A stretch of 64,000 bases of DNA from Acidilobaceae archaeon (lineage in GTDB: Archaea > Thermoproteota > Thermoprotei_A > Sulfolobales > Acidilobaceae). Of the stretch, positions 56,569-64,000 are shown one piece after another (the first letter of the stretch is position 1; the number at the start of each line of letters is the position of its first letter). The stretch spans positions 1 to 64,000 of the forward strand of contig JAWBBK010000001.1 in the NCBI GenBank assembly GCA_038824665.1, written 5' to 3'. The notes under the pieces were generated by a model. That model was given only the letters and a program-made list of their open reading frames with translations. It was not told the origin of the DNA and made no database searches. Both the position numbers and the translations under genes were made by a program.

Positions 56569-56907
56569 ATGCCGAAGCTTTGGAAATGTCAGGTCTGCGC
56601 GCTCGTCCTTGAGGTTGAAAGTCCTCCAGAGAGATGTCCAAGATGTGGAGCTCCTCGCGAACAATTCAAAGAGCTAGCTGAAAACGAAGTTCAACTAATT
56701 CTGAGATCTAGACTTACCAACTCTCTCCACATGAGAGCTCTTACGCTACTAGAAGAACTCAAAGAGATAGCTGAGAAAGGGATTCGAGACAATCTAGATC
56801 CTCTTTGCCTAAAGATATTTCAGAAAGAGAAAGAGTTCGCAGAGCTAACGATTCAGGAGATAAAGGCTGAGCTAGAAGTCCACATGAAGAAAGGCAAGTG
56901 GGGCTAA
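56569..56907 (+). CDS. Rubredoxin-like domain protein with helical C-terminal domain
   Basis: WKCQVC...PPERCPRCGAPREQF; C-terminal DNLDP.C...KAE...H..KGKWG. Confidence 0.85.
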   Translation: MPKLWKCQVCALVLEVESPPERCPRCGAPREQFKELAENEVQLILRSRLTNSLHMRALTLLEELKEIAEKGIRDNLDPLCLKIFQKEKEFAELTIQEIKAELEVHMKKGKWG

Positions 56908-56913
56908 AGATCT

Positions 56914-59900
56914 TCAGAACTCTTCTTCTCCAAGCCTCTCAGCTATTATCTTTCTCACTCTTACGAACACTATTCCCGCTATGACTAACCCGATAGCTCC
57001 TACTATTAGGGGAGCATATCTTATCAAGGTCGCTATTATACCTGGTTCTACTATGAACTCTTTGGAGGTACTGGACTCTAAGATCACAACATCGCGGAAG
57101 TCTTTGTAGAATCTCTTCGATATAGTGACCTCATAGAATCCGTAAGGTAGCTCTAGTCTGACCTTACCGTCCCTTCCTGTCATCACTACAGCTGTCACAG
57201 GAATGTCTGTGCCGCTTATCGCGACTTTAGCTTCTTCCATCTGTCTGCCCCAAATGTCTTTTGCTGTGATCTCCAATGTGAACCTCTTCCTAGTCATATT
57301 TATTGTTATTGTTTTGGGCTCTATAACCTCGACCACTATCTCTTTTGGTCTCTCGTAGACGTCTAATCCTAGCGGCTCTAATTTGAGCCTATAGGTTCCT
57401 GTCGGTAGCTCTACCGTAGCCTCGCGGACAACTACAAGGCTTCTCGGAAACACAAGAAGAGCCGAACCTGCTTTTAGTCTTTCTATAGAAACTCTATGAG
57501 CTACATCAACAGGTGCTCCTGCATCTAGGTCCCATAGTAAAATCTTTATGGGCAAATATGATGGAGCAAGCACTACTTTATCGGGCGTCGTTCTCGTCAG
57601 GAAGACTCTAATTGTAGTTGTAGTCTCACGATAAAGCGGACTTAGAGGAGATATGTGTACCGTGTACTCGCCTGGTCGGACTCCAGTTGCTCTCAGAACT
57701 CCGTCTTCTACTACGAAAGTATCGTAACCTACTAGAGTCACTTTAAGAGGTTCTCTAACGACCTCTCCGTCTACATTTAAGAATGTCAGCGTGACCGTAG
57801 TCGAAGGTGGGTGGTATCTCATGATGGTCTCTATAGTTCTTTCTTCGTCTATGATCTCTAACTTGAGTGGAAAGCCCGGATAGTATATAAGCAATAGGTT
57901 CCTTATAGTAACGTCCCCTCCTACGCTCACGGCTAGAGACGCTGGAGCTGTGGCTCCAGGTGCGTAAAGCGTTAAGTTATAGACGCCTGCTGGAACGTAA
58001 AATGGTGCTGTCCTCCTAGCTCTAGTCATTGCTACGGTCGAACCGGTTTCGTAGTCTTTCAGCACAAGTTCGATATCAAAAGCGGGATCAATAACGTACC
58101 AGTTGCCTTCATCGTCATATGTGACAAGCACCAGGTTGACGACTAGCGGACGCAATGCTTCTATCTTCTCTCTAAAAACGTAAACTCTGTTGGTACCGGG
58201 AGAAAAGGCGACAACGTATGGACCCGCTAGCTCTATGGAGGCTCCTACTAAGTCTGTATCTAACCCTTCATAGCCCGGAGGGCCTCTCCATAGAGGAGTC
58301 CAGTTGTTTATGTCAATGAGCTGAAGCCTGCCGTTTTCAAGACCTACGAGGGCTCGAAAGTCGTCTACCATTCTGATAGATGTGACAGGCGCTGATCCGA
58401 TTGTGAGAACTGAGTTTATGAAGTATCTGTCAAGACCTTCAGCAGACGAGACAACACCGAGGCTTCTTAGCCAGCATATCTTAAACAGAAGTCCTTTATC
58501 AGTTCCTACAAGCATAGTCCTGCCGTCACTCGACACGATCAGACTTCGTGATATACTGCCTAGATATATAAGTTGTGGCTGTTCGTAGCCGACGTCAGCT
58601 AACCTGAAGTCTCTCTCCAGGTAATAAATTGCGAGCCACTCGCCTAAGCCTATTATTGCTATGTATTCTACGTTGAGAGCATCCCAGCCCAAAGGCTTTT
58701 TGAGAGGCTTTACAAACAGCATGACTGTGCTGTTAGCTAGGTCTCTAGCTCCCGTTTCCGCTAGTTGAGTAGGTATGGGGAGAAGGAGAAGTCTCCCATC
58801 TCTTCCATACTCAAAAAAGACAGGTAGCCTTGTCGTATCAAGCACCAATAGGCCCTGCATTGCGTTAGGAGAGTAGAATCGTTCTCCTTTTAGCAGACAG
58901 TTCTCTACGAGGTCTAAACATTTATCTTTAGATAAAGTCATGCTGACTAGCGAAACGCTTCCTGGCTTTACTTCTATCTGAAGTTCACCAAAGTAGTACT
59001 CTCTAGTCAAGACTGCTCTGGTCGTGCTGTCTCTCACTACGACCTCATAAAGCACTCTGACCTTATACGTGTCTGGAGGCAGATTCTCCAATCTAAGCGT
59101 TCCATTGTCTCCGTAATATACCGGTATGGTTGCTGGAGCCCGCGGATAGGGTAAAGGAAGTAGGTAATTGCTCCAGGATACGATGTAGTAGAGCGTTCGC
59201 TCTTCTACTACGCCTCCAAAAACCGCTGGCTCAAAGACCCCTGTGTAAGCTTCGACAAGCTCGTTTTGTTCGTTGAGGTAGTAAACTCTTACGAACACTG
59301 AGCCTAAGAAGGGGCTCGTCGTTATGAGTTCTGGCATCTTTAAGTCCGTAAGGGCTATCACCCTGTCTCCTAAATACTTGTATGAGTGCCAGCTCGACAG
59401 CTCTGTAAGAGGCGCTACTCTTAAGACTTTAAACCCATAGAGCCCCGTTACTGCTCCCTGGTTTTTTAGAGGACCAGCTTCAAACCAGCCGGACATAAGC
59501 TCTCTAGCTACTCTCATGACATAAAGAAATCCTCTCTCATCTAAAGCTATGAGACGGGGATATTCCTCTGCGTTCGAGAGCCGTACTATATAGGTAGAAA
59601 TTGCAGAGGTTCTCGTAGCTGTGTAGAACCTAACTACGGGGCTCCAGTCTTTAAGGTCGAGAACCAAGACCTCGCCGCTATCCGAGCCCACAATAGCGTA
59701 CTCGGCAGAACTTGAGTCTAACTTTAAAGATGTAACTCTACCGATCACTGCAAAAGCCCTCTCGATCTTAAGCTTTTGAAGATCAAGGCTTGCGACGTAC
59801 CTATCTCCGCCGAGAACTGCCTTGAGTTCTGAGACCTCATAATGAGAATATGTCATCCATGCCGGTAAAGTGACCACTTCTAGACCGTAAACGTTACCTA

Positions 59901-60009
59901 GAACTCTTTCAACAGATCTTTCTAGAACGACTGCTGACGATGCTTGCTGAGCCACAGAGATCATGAATACCATTAGGAACATTAGAGTTACCGTAATCTT
60001 TCTTTCCAT
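56914..60009 (-). CDS. Large membrane-anchored surface protein (beta-propeller-like repeats plus Cna-B/carboxypeptidase-regulatory-like domains)
   Basis: N-terminal signal peptide; WD-like blades (VGSDSGEV, VGTDKGLL, VGLENGRL); repeated 'LP.G.Y.L' domains; C-terminal TM and short acidic tail. Confidence 0.8.
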   Translation of the reverse strand: MERKITVTLMFLMVFMISVAQQASSAVVLERSVERVLGNVYGLEVVTLPAWMTYSHYEVSELKAVLGGDRYVASLDLQKLKIERAFAVIGRVTSLKLDSSSAEYAIVGSDSGEVLVLDLKDWSPVVRFYTATRTSAISTYIVRLSNAEEYPRLIALDERGFLYVMRVARELMSGWFEAGPLKNQGAVTGLYGFKVLRVAPLTELSSWHSYKYLGDRVIALTDLKMPELITTSPFLGSVFVRVYYLNEQNELVEAYTGVFEPAVFGGVVEERTLYYIVSWSNYLLPLPYPRAPATIPVYYGDNGTLRLENLPPDTYKVRVLYEVVVRDSTTRAVLTREYYFGELQIEVKPGSVSLVSMTLSKDKCLDLVENCLLKGERFYSPNAMQGLLVLDTTRLPVFFEYGRDGRLLLLPIPTQLAETGARDLANSTVMLFVKPLKKPLGWDALNVEYIAIIGLGEWLAIYYLERDFRLADVGYEQPQLIYLGSISRSLIVSSDGRTMLVGTDKGLLFKICWLRSLGVVSSAEGLDRYFINSVLTIGSAPVTSIRMVDDFRALVGLENGRLQLIDINNWTPLWRGPPGYEGLDTDLVGASIELAGPYVVAFSPGTNRVYVFREKIEALRPLVVNLVLVTYDDEGNWYVIDPAFDIELVLKDYETGSTVAMTRARRTAPFYVPAGVYNLTLYAPGATAPASLAVSVGGDVTIRNLLLIYYPGFPLKLEIIDEERTIETIMRYHPPSTTVTLTFLNVDGEVVREPLKVTLVGYDTFVVEDGVLRATGVRPGEYTVHISPLSPLYRETTTTIRVFLTRTTPDKVVLAPSYLPIKILLWDLDAGAPVDVAHRVSIERLKAGSALLVFPRSLVVVREATVELPTGTYRLKLEPLGLDVYERPKEIVVEVIEPKTITINMTRKRFTLEITAKDIWGRQMEEAKVAISGTDIPVTAVVMTGRDGKVRLELPYGFYEVTISKRFYKDFRDVVILESSTSKEFIVEPGIIATLIRYAPLIVGAIGLVIAGIVFVRVRKIIAERLGEEEF

Positions 60010-60158
60010 AGCTCCTCAGTTCATTAAAAATCCTACCTGAAGTATTTAAGGATTTTAGAGAAGAAGCTTGAAATAGATAAAAAACTAATATATAAATCCT
60101 TTGTCCACATAATTAAAGAGCAGGAAGAATAGAGCCATTAAAGCAAGGTTGGAAACCT

Positions 60159-61817
60159 TTGATCTGGGACTTGCTACTGAAGATCTTTAAAAAAAGCGAT
60201 GACGTTCTAGCGAGAGACCAGTTTTTGGAGAAACCCCAAGATGATCTCACAGTTCCTGAAACCCCTGAGATCAAAGGATATGAAAACCATGAGGTAGTAG
60301 ATAGATATACAGTATCCAAACCCTATGCTCATGTATTTATATTGGAGGACAGAGATAATAGAGAGAGACTTTACTACGTTTACGAAAGTCCTTTAAACGA
60401 GTATGAAGTAAAGGTCTTCGAGAAGCTAAAGCGAATCTTAGAATGGGAATTAAAGCCTTTCGACAGGTCTCTGGCTACAAAGAGTTCTCTCAAGATGTCA
60501 GAGCTAGAAGCAGAAAAAGAGTACTTGCTAGATCAGGTCAGAAGTCTCTTGAAGAGATATAGTATAAGACTAGAGGCAGCGCTTAGGAAAAGGATCGATT
60601 GGAACAAAATCTACTATTATCTGGTTAGAGACAGTATAGGATATGGACCTCTAGATGTAATTATGAAGGACCCTTATATAGAAGACGTCAGTTGTAATGG
60701 CGTCGGTAAGCCCGTATATGTTTGGCATCAGAAGTATGAAAGTATGCCCACAAACATAGTCTTTGAGACAGAAGAAGAGCTAGACTCCATGGTGTTGAAG
60801 CTTGTTCATAAGGCAGGAAAACATATAAGTAGCGCATTCCCTATAGCTGATGCTGTCTTGCCTGAAGGTCATAGGCTTGCCGCTACGTTTAGAAAAGAGG
60901 TCAGCACTCGTGGCTCAACGTTTACCATAAGGAAGTTCAAAGAGAAACCTCTGAGCGTAGTTGACCTCGTGCTAGGCGGCACGCTAGATCCTATGACTGC
61001 TGGGTACTTGTGGCTAGCTATGGAACACAAAATGCCAGGCGTAGTGATAGGGGTCACTGGCTCGGGTAAGACGACGATGTTAAACGCTTTGGCTACGTTG
61101 TTCAGACCTAACATCAAGGTAGTCACTATAGAGGACACGGCCGAGCTGAAGTTGACCTTAGAGAACTGGGTACAACTCGTAGCTAGACCTAGCTATGCTC
61201 TCGGCGGTAGCAAAGTCGGAGAGGTCACACTTTACGACCTCGTAAAGGTGAGTCTGAGATACAGACCAGACGTGATAATAGTAGGTGAAATCAGAGGAGA
61301 GGAAGCCTATGTGTTGTTCCAAGCAATGGCCACAGGTCACGGGGGACTAACTACAGCACACGCCGAACACGTTAGGAATCTAGTGAGAAGGCTTACGAGC
61401 CCGCCTATGAACATACCGCCCAGCTACATACCCCTGCTTAAGTGGTGTCTTCTGGTCAGAAGAGTGACGTTGACTACTGAGCGCGGTCCTGTGACAACCA
61501 GAAGGGTCTTCAACGTGTGGGAGATCAAAGACTACGAGAACTACAAGGCTACAGTAGCTTGGGACCCCGCTAAAGACAAGTTCTCTCTTGACCTTAGAGA
61601 AAGTATAATAGTAAGAGAGGTTAGCCTCTACGTAGGTAAAACTCCAGAAGAGATTGAAGAGGAAGTGAAGAGAAGAGCTACCGTTATCCAGTGGATGGCA
61701 CTTACAGGTAAGAGAGACTATAGAGAGGTAGCTAACGTCGTTTACATGTACTACAGATTCCCCGAAGAGGTCTACAAGAGAGCAAAAGAGGAGGTGACTC
61801 AACATACAAAGAAGTAG
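60159..61817 (+). CDS. Type II/IV secretion (pilus assembly) ATPase, VirB11/ArlI-like
   Basis: GYGPLD..M.DPYIEDVSCNG, FTIRKF, GVTGSGKTT, IEDTAE, RYRPD.IIVGEIRG, TGHGG.TT.HA. Confidence 0.95.
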   Translation: MIWDLLLKIFKKSDDVLARDQFLEKPQDDLTVPETPEIKGYENHEVVDRYTVSKPYAHVFILEDRDNRERLYYVYESPLNEYEVKVFEKLKRILEWELKPFDRSLATKSSLKMSELEAEKEYLLDQVRSLLKRYSIRLEAALRKRIDWNKIYYYLVRDSIGYGPLDVIMKDPYIEDVSCNGVGKPVYVWHQKYESMPTNIVFETEEELDSMVLKLVHKAGKHISSAFPIADAVLPEGHRLAATFRKEVSTRGSTFTIRKFKEKPLSVVDLVLGGTLDPMTAGYLWLAMEHKMPGVVIGVTGSGKTTMLNALATLFRPNIKVVTIEDTAELKLTLENWVQLVARPSYALGGSKVGEVTLYDLVKVSLRYRPDVIIVGEIRGEEAYVLFQAMATGHGGLTTAHAEHVRNLVRRLTSPPMNIPPSYIPLLKWCLLVRRVTLTTERGPVTTRRVFNVWEIKDYENYKATVAWDPAKDKFSLDLRESIIVREVSLYVGKTPEEIEEEVKRRATVIQWMALTGKRDYREVANVVYMYYRFPEEVYKRAKEEVTQHTKK

Positions 61818-61863
61818 TCTCAAAGACTCAGAGGGGAATCCGAGAGCAAAGACGAGAGGAGAA

Positions 61864-63600
61864 GTGGACTTCATAGATGTTTACGATTACATTTCTCTGA
61901 GTCTCTTTGGTAGAATCACAGACTGGTTCACTAAGACCTTTGAACTTGAAGACGCGTTGAAGAAGGCTGGATGGAACCTCTACCCTCCTCTATATTCGGC
62001 AAGAGTACTGATGGCCACGCTTCTCTCTCTCCTCGTCTCGCTATATGTAATTCTCGTCGTCTGGTGGTTCGAGTTTAGTCTGACGTTTCGTATACTTGTC
62101 TCTGTCTTCTCGCTTCTCGTTCCGATCTTCGTCTTAGCTATTGGACTCATGTTACCATCACTAGCTGCAGACTCTAGAAGAAATAGAGTTAATAGCGAGC
62201 TTCCGTTCTTTGCTGCATACCTTACTTCAATGAGTTTAGCGGGCGTTGGCTTAATGCATATCTTGGAGCGCATATCCAAGTTGAAGGTCTTCTTCGGTAT
62301 CAGACGAGAAGCTATAATGATCTTCCGCAACGCCAAGTATATGGGTCTAGACCCTATAGACGCTTTAGAAAGAAATGCCTATGACCACCCTAGCTCTCTG
62401 TTCAGAGACTTCGTGCTAGGCTACATAACGGTACTGAAGACAGGAGCAAACCTAGTCGACTATTTAGAGGTTAGAACTAGAGACATCTTCTCTAAGAGAA
62501 TTGAGGAACTCGAGCTGATAAGTAGCAGAGTAGCGATGTACAGCGAGCTTTACATCATAATAGCCGTCGTGATCGCTATAACCTTCTACGTCTTCTTCAC
62601 TATGACCTCTATGCAACCAACTCAAACAGGTTTTGGAGGCGTTTATCAGTTCGCTCTCTTCTCCTTCATAGTGCTCCCCTTGATGACTCTTGTCGTTATG
62701 TATTTGGTCGATAGAGTTCAGCCTAAGACTCCTATAAGGATCACCTCCCCCTATCTGGCTACTCTAAACTATGGAGTCCCCATAGCTCTGTTAGCATCGC
62801 TGATAGTATTCCAGACAAGCGGAGCGTACAGAGTGCTAGAGGGGATCGTCGACAAACAGACAGTAATAGGACTATCGATGAGTGTAGGAGTCTTTTTCAT
62901 AGCTCTCAGCGTTCCGGGAGCTATAGCGTGGATGAGAGAATCTAGAAGAGCTAGAGGAGCAGGGCTTCAGCTAGCTCTGTTTCTAAGAGAACTCGTAGAG
63001 ACCAGAAAGACTGGACTAGCTCCTGAAAAAGCTATTGTGATCCTCTCCAAGAGAGACTACGGACCGCTCAACCCTGTTCTGAAAAAGATCGCTTCCGCTC
63101 TTGCCATGGGAGCCGATATAGAACAGGCAGCAACTATAGCTGTGAGAGGGTATAAAAACTGGCTCCTCTTAGCCACAATGAGGTTCTTGGTTGACGCTAT
63201 AACCTATGGAGGAGGAAGCCCAGAAACTCTTGAAAGTCTTGCCAGGTACTCAAAGAGTCTGTCCGATCTCGAAGAAGAGTTGACTAAGAAGCTCAAAGTC
63301 TACACAATAATGCCCTACGTGGGAGCTGTTTTAGTTGCTGGCTCCTCGTTGCTAATGGTGGGTCTCGCTTCTCAGAGTCTCGTTACTGGAGCCACAGGCC
63401 CTAGACTAGAAGCTATGAAAGAACAGCTTATGGTTATCTCTTTAGTAGCTAGCTTAGGGTCTATTTTAAACTCCTGGCTTATGGGACTTACTGCGGGAAA
63501 GATATCGAGCGGTACTGTAGCTGCTGGCTTTCTGCACGCTATATTGACCACGAGTTTGGCTATGGTGACCTCTGTGGCTACACTGTCTTACTTGCTTTAG
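61864..63600 (+). CDS. Type II secretion system F / TadC-ArlJ-like membrane platform protein
   Basis: Two T2SSF repeats (ELPFF, F.RE..E...TG), multiple TMs, 'G..AGK.....AGF.H'. Confidence 0.92.
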   Translation: MDFIDVYDYISLSLFGRITDWFTKTFELEDALKKAGWNLYPPLYSARVLMATLLSLLVSLYVILVVWWFEFSLTFRILVSVFSLLVPIFVLAIGLMLPSLAADSRRNRVNSELPFFAAYLTSMSLAGVGLMHILERISKLKVFFGIRREAIMIFRNAKYMGLDPIDALERNAYDHPSSLFRDFVLGYITVLKTGANLVDYLEVRTRDIFSKRIEELELISSRVAMYSELYIIIAVVIAITFYVFFTMTSMQPTQTGFGGVYQFALFSFIVLPLMTLVVMYLVDRVQPKTPIRITSPYLATLNYGVPIALLASLIVFQTSGAYRVLEGIVDKQTVIGLSMSVGVFFIALSVPGAIAWMRESRRARGAGLQLALFLRELVETRKTGLAPEKAIVILSKRDYGPLNPVLKKIASALAMGADIEQAATIAVRGYKNWLLLATMRFLVDAITYGGGSPETLESLARYSKSLSDLEEELTKKLKVYTIMPYVGAVLVAGSSLLMVGLASQSLVTGATGPRLEAMKEQLMVISLVASLGSILNSWLMGLTAGKISSGTVAAGFLHAILTTSLAMVTSVATLSYLL

Positions 63601-63680
63601 CCTGACTCACAACATCTAACTCAATCGCTTTACAAATTTATCTATCTGCTCCGTGGTAGAAGAACTAGGACCTGAGCGAT

Positions 63681-64000
63681 ATGAAGGTGCTCGTAGTAGG
63701 CGCTAATTTCGTTGCTCGCTACCTAGCTGAGAGGCTAGCTGAGCAAGGTCATTCTGTCACTGTCGTTGACTCAGATAGCGTCGAGTTGGATAAGATCAGA
63801 GAAAGCGCTGACGTAGAGACTTATGTGGGAGACGTCCTCGATCCTGAGTTTTATGATAACATAGACGTGTTGAGTTACGATGTAGTAGTGGTCGTCACTC
63901 AAAGAGATGAGGTCAACCTCTATGTGAGCGCTATAGCTAAGATTAAGGGAGTGAAAAGAGTATACGTAGTTTTAGGTAGAAACGAGATCGCTGAAGCAGC
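63681..64000 (+). CDS. trkA: TrkA-family NAD-binding K+ uptake regulator (truncated by window edge)
   Basis: Manual translation MKVLVVGANFVARYLAERLAEQGHSVTVVD...GDVLD...VVVTQRDEVNL. Confidence 0.85.
   Translation, partial: MKVLVVGANFVARYLAERLAEQGHSVTVVDSDSVELDKIRESADVETYVGDVLDPEFYDNIDVLSYDVVVVVTQRDEVNLYVSAIAKIKGVKRVYVVLGRNEIAEA

Overview
Gene-dense, compact window from a hyperthermophilic crenarchaeon (Thermoproteota, probably Desulfurococcales/Acidilobales-like; inferred from gene content, TTG/GTG starts, an intron-containing tRNA and many gene overlaps). It holds: an Arg/Lys biosynthesis cluster (argH end, carAB, aminotransferase, argX-lysK-lysJ-lysX-lysW / lysY-lysZ); a membrane-bound Tat-exported group 1 [NiFe]-hydrogenase with hypA, ATPase-type hypB and hypF; housekeeping genes (rps17e, Ubl/Cgi121, alaX, cysS, phi, GGR, hsp20, ZPR1, xerA, rpl2, rpl40e, fen1, leuS, pcna, icd, guaB); tRNA-Gly(TCC) and intron-containing tRNA-Pro(GGG); and a type IV pilus-like ATPase/TadC pair opposite a large membrane-anchored surface protein. 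Features missed by the ORF track: lysW, rpl40e, trkA (partial), both tRNAs and a probable H/ACA guide RNA. Best leads: a tandem pair of uncharacterised nucleotidyltransferases downstream of GGR, a ubiquitin-like protein with a masked diglycine, a group-1h-like but membrane-anchored hydrogenase with a degenerate protease-like gene, a RecQ helicase, non-canonical ATT/CTG starts, and leuS overlapping tRNA-Pro in antisense. No CRISPR array, rRNA or intact mobile element was seen. All family calls are from motif recognition, not database searches.
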